A DNA stretch of 64,000 nucleotides, taken from the NCBI GenBank assembly GCA_000388065.2, contig KB932201.1; one strand, given 5' to 3'. A program made the position numbers and the translations under genes. The stretch comes from Fonticula alba ATCC 38817. Lineage: Eukaryota > Protista > Nucleariida. Below, piece after piece: positions 1-12,555 of this stretch. How positions within the stretch are numbered: position 1 is the first letter of the stretch; each line of letters starts with the position of its first letter. The notes below the pieces were generated by a model, which did no database searches, was not told the DNA's origin, and saw only the letters and a program-made list of their open reading frames with translations.

Positions 1-95
1 CTCTCTCCCTCTCTCTCTCCCTCTCTCTCTCTCCCTGCTCTCCTGCCTTCCCCTTACACTGACTCCTCATCGGCTCGCGAACTCCTCACCCCTAG

Positions 96-418
96 TCACT
101 GGCGTTCATTCCGTTGACGAGTGGCTCCAGGCCCAGCTCCTGACAGCTGCCCTGACCATCGTGTCTCAAATCCTCCGCCCCGGGGGTGCTTTCACCGCCA
201 AGTTCTTCCTCGAAGACAACACCTCCTTCCTTTTCGCTCAGATGCAGGCCGCCTTTGGGCGGGTCTCCATCTTCAAGCCGGCCTCCTCTCGCCCCTCAAG
301 TCGAGGTACGTGCCTGACTCATTGTCGTGGCTGCTGAAGGCGATACCTGGCCCTTTCCATGTGGCCACAAACACCGCGCATGCGCATCCCTGCCTTGCTT
401 GAAACCGACCACTGACTC

Positions 419-457
<39 letters not shown>

Positions 458-772
458 GTCCGCTTGCCCCGACTGCACCCGTGGAATGCAGAGCATTTCA
501 TTGTTTGCCAGGACTTCTTGGCTCCGAAGGGCCTAGCCGAGTCCCTGGCCGAGTGGACCGCGGCCGGCGCTATTCCCCGGCCGACTGGTCCGGCAATCGC
601 CCCCTATGTTGCCACTGGTGACCTGGCTGGGTTCAACGCTGAGGCCACACCCGACACCGAGTCGGACTCCTTCCTGGATCTGTCTTTTGATGAGATCCCC
701 GAGGCTCCCCTCAGTCAGAGCTGCCTCGGCTCGTCCAATGTCTTGGTCAACGCCATGCCTGCATGTTGGTAG
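96..772 (+). CDS. TRM7: tRNA 2'-O-methyltransferase TRM7/FTSJ1 (FtsJ/RrmJ family), 3' part; 5' exons lie outside the window
   Basis: Exons 96-305 and 492-772 (AG/GT bounded) splice to VTGVHSVDEWLQAQLLTAALTIVSQILRPGGAFTAKFF...KPASSRPSSREHFIVCQDF...IAPYVATGDLAGF. This matches the FTSJ1 pattern DVTGLHDxDEYxQAQLL...GGxFVAK...KPxSSRxSSxEAFxVC...PFVACGDL. The 3' end at 772 is uncertain because a further small exon is possible. Confidence 0.93.
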
Positions 773-994
773 GGGGCGACCCAGAGTGGGCGTGGTCGAG
801 GGTGTCTTGTTCCTCTTCTTTTTTCTTTTCTTTTCTCCCTCCCCCCACCAATAGACCACCAGCCTCCCTCAGGCTGTCGGCGTATTCCTCCATTCGGAGG
901 TGAAACAGCAAGAACGAAAGATGACATTGGTGTACTTGTATTTGCGCGTGCATTCACACACACACACACACACGGACAGACAGACAGACAGACA

Positions 995-1128
995 TCAACT
1001 TGCTGGGTATAGCGCCTCGATGGAGGAGAGCAAGCGGCGAACCTTTTCACAAGCGGCATTCACTGCGGCAAGGGCCACCGCCGCCCCGGGATGCGGGGTC
1101 TGCGAAGTCCACGAGATCACCGTGGGAC

Positions 1129-1167
<39 letters not shown>

Positions 1168-3169
1168 AGAGAGGGAGGGAGAGAGGACGATGGCGCTGGA
1201 TGGTTAGAGAAAAAAGGCACATCTGTGTGCAGGAGACAGGCCATGAGAGGCGAAGACAGAGAGGCAGAAAAATGAGAAGGGGCGGACACGGGAGGAGCCC
1301 CATCGAAAGACTCTCCAACGCACTGGTCATCGCTGTTGAGGACCGTCTGTCCGGCCAACAAGGCGGTATCATTCTGGTTGGACATCCCAGCGACCGGGCT
1401 CATTCCAAGCCCAGGCGGCGAGTGGGGGCTGTACATGCAGTTGGGCCCGCAGTACAGCTGGCCTGTCCGTCCTGGGCCAAGGCCATTGAGGCTGCTCAAG
1501 GAGGATGATGACGCGGAGGTCAAATCGTCGCTCGACGCATCGCCGGCCGGCGGCATATCGGACAGGTTTGCCAGGCAGGCGCACTCGGCGCTGCCGGAGG
1601 CCGGCTCAGTGAATGTCACTGCGCCATGCATCGGCGACGCAGCCAGCCGGACGCCACCAGCGGCCAGAATCACCCCAGACGGAGGGTCCGGGCTCCAAGG
1701 CTGGGGCGAGGGATGAAGGGGGCATTAAAAAGTGCGATGTTAGTCCACATTGTGCAAGACTCAGCCCCCCATGCCCACTTCCCCCTCTCTTCCCCCCACC
1801 GGTATATGTACGAATACCGCTCCGCAGGTGCAAAGGTACGCCGGCGTGCGCGCGCGCGCGCGCGCGGAAACACGCACCAGCGCCGCCCAGGCCGACGGAC
1901 TCCGCTGACTGCCGATCAGCTCGACCAAAGAGAGGGATCCGTATGAGGGCTCCAGCAAACGGCGGGCCTGCTCCAAGGATGAGCCAAGAATTTCCAGCAG
2001 CCACTGGAGAGCATCCCGGTCATAGGCCGGGAAAATGTGGTCGGTGGGCTCATCACCAGGTGCATCGGCCGTCTCCCCGCCGCCAAGGTGGCAGTCCAAC
2101 TCTTGACGGACCTCGATCAGAGCCCGACGCGCGTCGACCAGCTCGGCGATCGGCCACCCACGCTCGGTACTGATCGAGGCAAATACCATCTCGGCCGAGA
2201 GCCCCCCGCCGGAGGAGAAAGAGGAAGACCGGCCTGTCGGTGGGAGCGAGGATGGGGTCACAGACAACGGGGCCGGGGGCTGCGACCGGTCACCGGTCCC
2301 AGAGCGTGGCCGACCGCCGGCTTCCTCCGACCCTCGGGGGAAAACATCTGCCGTGAAATTAGCCTGATAGGACCGAGGAGAAGGACTGTATCGGATTGTC
2401 TGCAAGCATGCAACCATACATATCATCAGACAAGAGGGCAGCGGAAGGAAAGAGCCGGGTGGGGGGGGGGGAGGGAGCCCAGAGGGAGCGAGTGGCATCG
2501 TGAAGGCCGTTAGCACGGGCAATGGGAGCATCGAAGGCGAAGTGGAGAGAAAGACCGGACCAGACGAATGACATGACAGCCCCACACGGTAACATGGCCA
2601 GAAAGGAGGCGGTCCATGGAGCCGGAAGCACCAGCCAGACCGACCAAAGCCGGCATGAAGCCCGACTCGAAGGAGGTGCCCTTGGCAGGGCCAGAGCTAT
2701 GGACCGCCGAAATGAGCAAGGTGTTCGAGCTGCTGGCCGGCGACTTGCGCGAGAAGGACCCAGCACCGTCTCGCGAGTCCTTGGATGGAACGGCTTGCAT
2801 CAGGTGGACAAGGGCGTCCTTTTTTGTTTTCCAGCGCCGCCGCCGCCGCCGCCGCCGAGGGAAAGGATGTGAGTGTGAGTCAGGCCGAAAAGACGGGAAG
2901 CCGGCTCATGCAAGGGGGGTTGCGGAAAAGGGCGGACGACAAGTACATTGACAAGGTCGGAGAGCTCCTCAAAGAGCTGCGGGATCTCGTGCGTGACAAA
3001 CCACTGCCACTCGGAAGTCTGGGGGAAGATGGAGAGAGAGAGAGAGAGGCGTCAATTCCGACAGATAGACGAAAGGAGCTGGGCCTGATGGCGGGCTGCG
3101 AAATGTCACCCAGGCGCGGACCTTCTGGCATTTGGACGGAGCCTCAGTCGCGACGACAAATTGGTCCAT
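995..3169 (-). CDS. ROGDI: ROGDI / RAVE subunit 2 (Rav2)-like V-ATPase assembly factor, multi-exon
   Basis: Exon 1 (3169-3122) is MDQFVVATEAPSKCQK and exon 2 (3018-2947) is TSEWQWFVTHEIPQLFEELSDLVN. Later exons give GHVTVWGCHVIRL, GWPIAELVDARRALIEV, ALQWLLEILGSSLEQARRLLEP..LSLVEL, WSPDPPSGVIL and ISWTSQTPHPGAAVALAAVNAACEKVRRL. These are colinear with recalled ROGDI segments (EFRWLLHDEVHAVLKQL; QWKLQQIQDARNHV; LQLTRARNRLTTP.LTLPE; FAPALPSDLLV). Confidence 0.72.
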
Positions 3170-3994
3170 GGTGGAGACCAAGAACAGTCACGATCGGAGG
3201 ACTTGGGCAGCGACAACGGCGATGCCTAGTGGGGGGGAGAGAGAGATGGGGGGGNNNNNNNNNNNNNNNNNNNNNNNNNNNNNNNNNNNNNNNNNNNNNN
3301 NNNNNNNNNNNNNNNNNNNNNNNNNNNNNNNNNNNNNNNNNNNNNNNNNNGGACGGGTGGCCAGGGGGGAGTGAGAAGAGTCAGGCGGGAGGAGGGGCCG
3401 GGGAGTCAGGGGACTCGGAGAGGAAGCAGAATCCCGATTGGCCGGCGGCAATCTAGCGGCCGGGCGATCCCCCGGCGGTTGTTCTTCGCGTCTTTCCAAC
3501 TCCCAATCCCTCACAAACATGCACCCCTGGTCGTCCATCCCTCCGAGCGCCCAATCAACCAGCTCGTGGACACATGATCAGGCCCCCTTCACTGCCCGGA
3601 GCCGATGAAATCCCCCGCGATTTGCCTGCCGCATCTGGCCCCCCCTCCTCGCCGCTCCCCGTGCCTCTGCCCATCGGTGGAAGAGGGCAACGCGATCAAT
3701 TGCACATTGACAGCCCGCGTCAGCCAAAGACACCGAGACAGAGTGCGGGAGAAAGAAAAAGGGCACAAATAATGAGCCAAGCCGGGGGAGAAGAGATGGG
3801 TCTAGTTTTTGGCTCCGACTCCCCTGGCGAAGGAGGGGGGGGGGGGAGGGGAGATGTGAAGTGTAGGAGTGCATGCAGGCCCGGGCGAAGCGAAGCAGGC
3901 GCGCGCGTGTGTGCGCCCAAAGGGAGAGCGGCTCGCCGATAACAAGGAACGGGGGGGGGGGAGCAAGAAGGAGGGACGCGCGGTGGGAGAGGGG

Positions 3995-4025
<31 letters not shown>

Positions 4026-4042
4026 GAAAAAACGCCTCGCCT

Positions 4043-4619
4043 CTAGGCCTTGGGGAAGGTCAGCTTGGCCTTGGAGAAGAGCTCGGCCATGGACGAGTGG
4101 ATGGCAGCAGGGCTGGCACCGTCGATGGACATCTGGATCTCGGCGCCGTTCTCTAGGCACGGAGGATGCGCCGAAGGGAGGAGAGTAGGTGGAGGAGAGA
4201 CAGGCAAGGGTGTCAGCTGTGTGTGGGAATGAAGAAGCCTCTTCGGGGAGATGCGGCGAGAGGAGAAGGCAAGGTGCCGGGAAGACGAACCGAAGCGAGC
4301 GAAGACGCGAGCGGGGGTGGCCTCACCACCAGGGCGGACCAGGACCGGGAGAGTCGGGTTGGCGGCCTTGATCTTGGGGTAGGTGTTGGAGATGAACTCA
4401 CTGAAGGGGAGCGCGGGGGGCGAGAGGCGAAAGGTAAGAGGGAGGGCCGGGCATTCTGCGGTCTAGGGAGAGGAGGCGGCCGGGTGGGCGGGTGGGCGGG
4501 AGCGAAAGCGCATGCGAGGCACGGTACCGGACACCGGCAGAACCGGCGGAGGTGGAGCTGAACAGGAAGCGGAGCTCGTGCAGGGTGCCGGTGGCGGCGC
4601 GGATGACCTGGGCGGACAT
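4043..4619 (-). CDS. NDUFA2: NADH:ubiquinone oxidoreductase subunit NDUFA2 (B8; L51/S25/CI-B8 domain), 3 exons
   Basis: Exons 4619-4528, 4400-4291 and 4152-4043 have GT-AG boundaries and matching phases. They give MSAQVIRAATGTLHELRFLFSSTSAGSAGVREFISNTYPKIKAANPTLPVLVRPGGEATPARVFARFENGAEIQMSIDG..., matching [22 protein letters not shown]...KKANPDLPILIR. Confidence 0.93.
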
Positions 4620-5169
4620 GGCTGGGAGGCTGGGCGGTGGAGGGAGGCGCAGGAGGGCTGTCAGGATGGGGAGGTCCAGGACCCGGAGCAGGGGGCGGGG
4701 GAGGGCAGAGGAAGGGCGTGGAGGAAGGACGCGGGACGGGGAGGGGGGGGGGGGGGGTGATTACATGGAGAGGGAGAAAAGGATAAAGGGGAGGGATATC
4801 GTTGTCTCGTTGCCTCACGGGCCTGTGGCCGGTGCTTGGGGAAGAGCGCGTCCAGAAATAGGCGCCCCGAGCGTGGAACAACGTTCTGTCTGATCCGGTG
4901 ATATGTCACGAAGTACATTTCACATATCGGCCCTTGGCAAAAATGGTCCCGATCTGAACGGACAATTCTCCATTCATTGGGATCCTCGCTGGTGACCAGC
5001 GCCGGGACGGTCCGGGAAAGTTCCCCCCACGCCCCCTCCCACCCTCCAAAGGAGCCCTCTCCGCCTGGCCTCCGTTCCACCCTTCCTCCCCCCCCTGACG
5101 GTCTTCATCTTCCGGCTGGCCAATATCTTCCCCAACTACCGGATTGGCATGCTGCTGGGGCTGGTCATC

Positions 5170-5208
5170 ATGGCAGGTGCGTCTTTGTCGGGGCCCCCCC
5201 CCCCCCCG

Positions 5209-5245
<37 letters not shown>

Positions 5246-6157
5246 ACTTCCCTCGGCCTTCCTCTGTCTCCCTCTGCCTCTCTCTCTCCTCACCGGTCCC
5301 TCGCGATCTACCTTCCCCCTCATCCCTTTCGCCTTTGTCATCGTCTTACACTGTTCCAATGAGGTGCGCCACGGTGCCATCATCTTGAGGCCACATCCCC
5401 ATCCCCGTCTACGCACATGTATATACAACTAGATGTGTATCATCTGCACATATACAAGCACACGCACACGCACACACACACACACACACATACATACACG
5501 GAAAAACACTGCCCCCTTGCTGACTTGTGGGGACTGCTCAGCTCATTTGAATCAGACGACGCCGCGCTCGCGGCCCTGGAGGCCTTCCTATCTGCAGGAC
5601 CACCCGAGGCCGCACTCGCATCAGCCCCGGTGTTGGCCGCTGCTCCCGAGCTCCGGGCATCAAGTGGCGAAGAGAGTGCCGATTCGGAGTCCGACCGTGA
5701 GGACTCCTCGACCAGTGGCCACGCCGATCTCGAGAAATCCGCCGCACCACCCCCCTCGCATGTTCCGGGGACTGATGAGAGCCTTGATGGCTCCCGGCGG
5801 CTGCATGCCGGGTATCAGTCGCGCCTGGAGTCGCTGCAGCGGCGGATAGGCGCCGTGAAGCGCGCCCGGCCGGCCGACGTGACCACCCGGCCGGCCAAGC
5901 GTGTTGCAACAGCCGGCGCCGTCCCGATCGTCAGTGCTGACTATCCCTCCTCGGAGGATGAGGAGCCTCAGGACGCTGAAGCCATCCCGTGGGATGGCGG
6001 CATTCGCCCTGCCGAACCTGCCCCGAGCACTGCCAGTCAGCTCGCCGGTGATGCCGTGACCAATGGCGATCGCAGCGCCAGTGACGGCAGCAGCAGCAGC
6101 AGCAGCGAGGAGGGGGATGACGAGGATGATTTCTTCTCATGGCGGCGTCGTGCGTAG
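5170..6157 (+). CDS. Acidic low-complexity hypothetical protein with a ZNF830/CCDC16-like C-terminus
   Basis: ATG GCA G|GTGCGT donor at 5176/5177 and a phase-compatible acceptor at 5555/5556 give MADDAALAALEAFLS...YQSRLESLQRRIGAVK...SSEEGDDEDDFFSWRRRA*. The acidic-W-R tail resembles ZNF830. The start could be further upstream (in-frame ATG at 5149). Confidence 0.5.
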
Positions 6158-6310
6158 ATCGCCCGTCGCCCGCCGGGAGGGAGGGGGGGGGGGGACTCTC
6201 CACATGCATGGTCCTCTTCCTCTCTGGCAAAATAAACGACAAGAAAGAAAAGGGCAACAAAAGAATCGGGTTCATTGACGAGGACACCAGGCCGCACATG
6301 GGGTCGAGGG

Positions 6311-8241
6311 TCACCGGCGTCGGTCGCTATGCTCGGGCCCGGAAGCCCGGCGGGTGTCCTGGGCGGCCAAGTGCGTGTACTTGGTCCGACCACTTCGCCC
6401 AGGGTTGCGGACTTGGAGGTACTCCGGGAGGAGATCGCGCCGGCGAACATCATCCTCGGTCTGTTTGGAGAAGTCCGCGCGCTTGGCAGCCTCGGAGTCC
6501 TGGAAGAATGCCCCGGAATGGATGTAACGCTGGCCGAAGGCCATGCGCTGGGGCTTGGTGGGGAAGCGATCGGCCAGCTCGGGGTCGCGGCGATTTTCGG
6601 CGAGGATCTGCTCATCGGTGAGGGTTGAGCGGCGGAGCTTCTCGGCCTGGTCGCGCTCGCGCTGCTGCTGCTGGTCCAGGTCGCGCTTCATGCGAGCCAG
6701 CTCGCGCAGGCGCCACGCGGCATAGGCCTCCTCCTCGTCGCCCGGGGCATCTGTATCATCGACCACCGTTTCGGCGAAGGAGGCCGCCAGGGAGCTGGTT
6801 CCCTGGAGGGCCTGCTGCCGAGCGGCATCCTCGCGGGCCACGGCCGAGGCAATGAGCGAGAGGGTTTCGGCGCGGCGACGCTCAGTAGCGGCGGCATATT
6901 CCCCGGCGGCGGCGGCCTCCTCCTCCTCTTGCCAAGAGGCTGCCTCCTCGGAGACAATCTGGCGCTCGGTCCTGAAAGCCAGACGACAGGGGTGCGGGCA
7001 GGGGGCAGCGATGTTAGGCGGGGGGGGGGGGGGAGAAAAGACGCCAAGAAGCACCGGAAGGAGGGCGGGATGCCTGTCCGTCCGCAGAGGCACGCACTTC
7101 CGGACAAAGACCGGCCTCTGGCGTAGTGGCTCTTCAAAGTATTGATCATGGTCCTCAGTGTCATGCGCGATGCCGAGCTCCTGGGCGATCTGCTCGGCGG
7201 TGGCCTTCGAACGAAAAGTCAGAAGAGGAAGGGGAGTGGACCCTATTGGGGATGTGCAAAGCACCCCCCCCCCCCCCCCTTGCGGGAGGGAGGGAAGACA
7301 TACCTGGGTGGTGCGCATGCCCAGCCGATCGCGGCTGTGGTCCTCCTCATCGGCCTCATCGGCATCGCTTTCCTCGCTGCGGTCATCCTCGTCGCTGTCC
7401 TGGCGCTGGCGCAGCCGGGCTTGAAGCAGCAACCGCCGGCGGAAGGCGTCATCATCCTCAGAGTCGTTGTCCTCCTCGGGCTGGACCATCTCGCTGAAGC
7501 GAGACACCCGCGGCGTCCCCCCGCTGTCGCTATCGGAGTCGTCCAGTGCATCAGGGGCCTCGCCGAAAGCGTCCTCCTCCCAGGTGGTGATCGCGGGAGC
7601 CGGAGCACTATGGAGGATTGGTGAGGACAGGGCCAGGGCGGCAAGCAATCTTGGGAAGTCTGGAACTGGCAAAAAGCATCGAAGAGGGGGGAGCTGAAGA
7701 GCAACCGAGGAGGAAGAAGGGGTGGGGGAGGGGGGGGACACGCACGCTGAGGCCCGTGCGGGTTTGGAGAAATCGAAAACCATGCCGGTATCGGTGCCGG
7801 GTGCATTTGCGTCGCGCGCAATGGCCGCGGCACTCAGTCGGGCTGTGGCCGTAAGCCGCCGAGCGGTAGTCGAGTCGCCGGGGGAGGCGGCGTCACTGGT
7901 TGTCGAGTTCAGACGATCGCCCTCGCGAAGGTGCTGGGGCATGGTCCCGGCGCGGTATCGCTGTACCGGCCGGGCACTGCTGGCCGTGTAGCGGTTATCG
8001 ACGCGAACAGTGGATTCTGTTTGGTGGGAGCGGACAGGGGGGGGGGGCCAGAGGAGCTGGAGGTGTCAGCACCTCTCGATAGAGGAAGGAAGAGGGAGAT
8101 GGAGAACATGCGCATGTGCATGTGTATGTGTGTGTGTGTGTGTGCCCGTTCCCAAGCGGCAGGGGGAATGATCGGGGACGGAGGAGGGGACGCACCCTGC
8201 CGCTGCGTATGCAGCCGCGACTGGCCGAGATTCCTCCGCAT
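6311..8241 (-). CDS. MFAP1: Microfibrillar-associated protein 1 (spliceosomal B-complex factor; Spp381/Saf3 family)
   Basis: The C-terminus EEEAYAAWRLRELARMKRD...QRYIHSGAFFQD...LLPEYLQVRNPGRSGRTKYTHLAAQDT matches the MFAP1 conserved domain. The N-terminal VQRYRAGTMPQH and middle EEPLRQRPVFVRK also fit. ATG at 8241 with a phase-1 intron. Confidence 0.95.
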
Positions 8242-9346
8242 GATGGCTGGCGTCACGGGGCAGATGCCGATACCAGGAGAGGCAGGAGCAAAGGGGGGTA
8301 ATCACGGAAAGAGGAGAGGCAGAGGGAGGGAGATGATGAACGCAGGAGGGGAGGGGAGGGGGAGGAAATGAGTGGAACTGGGATGGCGATGGCCCGACTC
8401 TCCCCGGGGCGGTTGCGGGGGAAGCTCTTAAGTGGATGTGATCATGTGCACATGGTTGATGACCTCACTGAAGAATACCACGTGCGTGCCATGTTGGCGC
8501 GCATTTCCCCACTGGCCACCACGCGGGACATGCTTGCGCCCCGGGGGGGGGGGGGGTCTGTGTGCCAGGCCACCTGGCAACTTCCCGCCCTCCTGGGCCC
8601 ATGGAAAAAGGGCTACCTGAAAGGGCGGGAACCGCCGACTGTTGCGCGATGTGCCCCGCCGTGCGCGGCGTGTGCCTGTCCCCCCCCCCCNNNNNNNNNN
8701 CCCCCCCGCCCCCCGCCCCCTGCTCCGCCCCCTGCTCCTCCCCCTGTTCCCCGCCCCTCCCGGAGACGGAGAACCCGTTGACCATGCGAGCCACTCGGGG
8801 CCCGGCACGGTACGCGCAACAAGGAGGCCCCAGGCTGGGAGGAGGGGTAGGTCGCAATAGTGCAACTAGGGGAGGGGGCGGGGGGGCAGGAGTGTTTGTG
8901 TTTGGGGCCTTTCTCTTCGCGCGGGTACTCCGCCCAATGGTCGCCCATTTACCCGCCCGACCGAGAAGCAGCGGCCGGCTGTGCTGTTTCGAGGGTGCTG
9001 GGGGGGGATCATCAGGTATGTGTGGGAAGCGAGCACGCATGGACCTCTTTGAGCCGACCTCGGGGTTTGGGTCGGCGGATGCGCCCCTGCACACATTTAT
9101 ACGCACAAAATAATGCTTCCATCATCAAAAGAAGGGAAGCGCCGAGCCGCACTTTGGTCGGTCGGGGAGTCCCTCTCATACGGGCGAGCATGAGGGCCCG
9201 AGCCCTCCGCTGAGGAGGCGAGGGCGGCCGAGGCACTGGGCGTCGAGGGGGGGCGGGGGAGGGGGGAGCGGGGGACAACGTGGGCCTGCCCGTTGTTTGT
9301 TTGCTTCCAGCCCCCCCCCCCCCTGCCGCGTGGAACGCGTGGCGCG

Positions 9347-9896
9347 NNNNNNNNNNNNNNNNNNNNNNNNNNNNNNNNNNNNNNNNNNNNNNNNNNNNNN
9401 NNNNNNNNNNNNNNNNNNNNNNNNNNNNNNNNNNNNNNNNNNNNNNNNNNNNNNNNNNNNNNNNNNNNNNNNNNNNNNNNNNNNNNNNNNNNNNNNNNNN
9501 NNNNNNNNNNNNNNNNNNNNNNNNNNNNNNNNNNNNNNNNNNNNNNNNNNNNNNNNNNNNNNNNNNNNNNNNNNNNNNNNNNNNNNNNNNNNNNNNNNNN
9601 NNNNNNNNNNNNNNNNNNNNNNNNNNNNNNNNNNNNNNNNNNNNNNNNNNNNNNNNNNNNNNNNNNNNNNNNNNNNNNNNNNNNNNNNNNNNNNNNNNNN
9701 NNNNNNNNNNNNNNNNNNNNNNNNNNNNNNNNNNNNNNNNNNNNNNNNNNNNNNNNNNNNNNNNNNNNNNNNNNNNNNNNNNNNNNNNNNNNNNNNNNNN
9801 NNNNNNNNNNNNNNNNNNNNNNNNNNNNNNNNNNNNNNNNNNNNNNNNNNNNNNNNNNNNNNNNNNNNNNNNNNNNNNNNNNNNNNNNNNNNNNNN
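9347..9896. other. Assembly gap (550 N). Other gaps: 3255-3350, 17059-17223, 32149-32214, 40761-40910, 57319-57368 and several 10-N gaps
   Basis: Runs of N, most flanked by G/C homopolymers. Confidence 1.
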
Positions 9897-10014
9897 CCCC
9901 CCGCCGCCGCCGCCTGCCGCTTCTTTCCCTCTTGCGCGCGCGTGTGCTCAGCTTTGACTGCCTTTTTCGTCAGTCAGTAATTGTTGAACCACTTCAACTT
10001 TTTTAGTTGTAACC

Positions 10015-11377
10015 ATGTCCACCAAGGTGCGCTCCCCCCCCCCCTCCTCCTCGTCTCCTTTTTGCTTCCTCCAGGCTCGCCTCCACTTTGATGGTCCCTT
10101 GATGCTGACGCCTCTCCGTGCTCCGCGCGCCCCCCCCCACACACACGTATGGCCCCCTCCCCTTCCCCCCTCTCCCTCCCTCCCTGCAGATCGCCAAGAA
10201 GTCCGACAAGGGCGCCGTTGCCACCGCCTCCAAGAAGGACAAGAAGGAGCTCAAGAAGGTCGTCGTTGAGTCCGACTCCGACTCCGACTCCTCCTCTGAC
10301 TCTTCCTCTGACTCGGACTCCTCGGACTCTGATGCCGGCTCTGCCTCCGACTCCGGCTCCGGCTCCGGCTCCGACTCCTCTTCCGACTCTTCTTCCGACT
10401 CCGAGTCCACCGCCTCTGACTCCGGCTCCGACTCCGGCTCCGACTCTTCCGACTCCGAGGAGGAGGAGGAGAAGCCCGTCGAGAACAACAAGCGCAAGCG
10501 CGACGAGCCCACCACCACCACCCCCAACAAGGCTGCCGCCACCGCCCCCACCGGTGATGTGAAGATCTTCGTTGGTGGCCTGGCCCAGGGCACCACCGAG
10601 GAGCAGCTCCGCGAGCTGCTGTCCGAGTGCGGTGAGATCGTCTCTCTCGATATGCCGATCCACCGTGACTCCGGCAACATCCGCGGCATTGCCTTCATCA
10701 CCTTCGCCGAGCCCGCTGGCGCCGCCGCTGCCGCCGAGTACAACGAGTCCGAGCTCAACGGCTCGAACATCCGCATTCGCATCGACACCAAGCCCGAGCG
10801 CCCTGCTGCCGGCGGTGCCGGTGGCGAGCGCAGCCCCAACCCCCCCTCCAGCACCCTGTGGGTTGGCAACCTCTCCTGGAACGTCACCCAGGACTCCCTC
10901 TATGAGGCCTTCTCCGAGTTCGAGCCCACCTCCACCCGTGTGATCTCCGACCGCGAGACCGGCCGCAGCAAGGGTATGGGCTACATCGACTTCGCTGATG
11001 TCGAGACTGCCAAGAAGGCCCTGGCCAAGCTGAACGGTGTCGACATCGACAACCGCCCCTGCCGCCTGGACTACGCTCCCCCTCGTGGTGAGGGTGGTGG
11101 CTTCGGCGGTGGCCGCGGTGGCTTCGGCGGCGGTCGCGGTGGCGGCTTCGGCGGCGGTCGCGGTGGCGGCTTCGGCGGTGGTCGTGGCGGCGGCTTCGGC
11201 GGTGGCCGTGGTGGCGGCTTCGGCGGCGGTCGCGGTGGCGGCTTCGGTGGCGGTCGCGGTGGCGGTCGCGGCGGCGGCTTCGGCGGTGGCCGTGGCGGTG
11301 GCTTCGGCGGCGGTCGCGGTGGCGGTCGTGGTGGCTTCGGCGGCAGCTCCGGCTCTCGCACCACCTTCGACGATTAA
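10015..11377 (+). CDS. NSR1: Nucleolin-like protein NSR1/gar2 (acidic Ser-rich N-terminus, 2 RRMs, RGG/GAR tail)
   Basis: Exons 10015-10026 (MSTK) and 10190-11377. RRM1 has KIFVGGL...RGIAFITF and RRM2 has TLWVGNLSW...SKGMGYIDF. The C-terminus has GGFGGGR repeats ending SGSRTTFDD. Confidence 0.96.
11095..11345 (+). repeat. Coding tandem repeat, ~24-bp unit encoding GGGFGGGR (GAR domain of NSR1)
   Basis: Repeated ggcttcggcggcggtcgcggt-type units seen directly. Confidence 0.9.
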
Positions 11378-12555
11378 GCGCTCCTCGTGTCTTAATACCC
11401 CCCGTCCCCCCCCTCCTCCCATGACACCATATGCCGTGCAGCGCACCTCCGCGCCGTGGTAGTAGCCTCTGCTCCCCATTCCCATTGCGCTTCTTCTTGT
11501 CTTTGCCTCGGGTCTCAGGCGAGGCAAGGCCGGAAAGGGGCAAGGGCGTACTCTGCCTCCTGGACTCCTCCCCTCATTTAGACATACGTCCCCTTCCGTC
11601 CCTCCCACCTTGGCAGCAGCGTAGCGACAGCGGCGTGTGGGGTGTGCACACACACACACACACACACATATCTTTCCCTCATCTCAGGTTGGCCCTTTTT
11701 CTCCTTTCCTTCTCCTTGTGTGTTTCTGTGTGTCCCCCCGGGGGGGTGAGACAGGGGGAGGACGGGGGCTTCCTCTCTCCTCCTTTTTGAGCACGCATGT
11801 ACCATATGTTGAGCCTGTTCTCCCTCCCCTCCCCCCTCCACGCGCACGCACACACACCACTCCCTCCCTCCCCTCAGATTCCCAATATCAGTGTCCTTGT
11901 CTGCCTCTCGATTTGGTTGTTTTTTTTCTTTTCCATACTTTTCTTCGCTCGCGCCGCCGGGGTGGTGTATGTGTGTATGTGTGTGTGTGGGAGGGGCGGC
12001 GGGGGCGACCAGCGGGGGCCCAGGGGGGGGGGGGGGGGCTATCCTATTTTCCTGTCCGCCCTCCGGCACTCTTCATGGCCACGAAGGTTGCCGCCAGGCG
12101 GCCCCACTTACCCGTTTGCCGGCGCGGGCGAGGGCGGCCACACGTGGGTCTCCGCGCCCGGGTGGCTTCCTTGGCTCGTGTGTCCACCGGGCACCTCCCT
12201 TGCGCCGAAGGGCGGCACATATACCGATGGCCCGTTTGACCATGCGGAAGCGGGCATGCGCTCCCCCTGCGGGCGCCCAGTTGTTTTGGTGCGCATGTGC
12301 GCACCCCCCCCCCATGGAGTGGGAGACCTAATTCACCGGCCCCCGTCCACTTTCTCTGTCCCACAGGCTATCTATATGAGGTGTATTTTCGGTAGGGGGG
12401 AGGGGGATGGCTCCACTTGGTAGTGCTGGGGGGGGGGGGGGGGTTCCCTCAGCCTCCCGCTACGGGGAGGTGGGACGTGGGGAAGCACGCACGCGCACCA
12501 AAATGCATTGAACGTAAAAGCGGCAAAATGCAGAGGCAGGTGGCTTTTGGGTGTT

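Noticed and set aside
8300-9346. Possible additional gene between MFAP1 and NSR1
   Set aside because: No recognisable motif or consistent exon chain, and the adjacent 550-N gap prevents assessment.
9974-11665. 563-aa minus-strand ORF with ATATAAEA repeats
   Set aside because: Antisense shadow of NSR1; the repeats are the reverse complement of the RGG tract.
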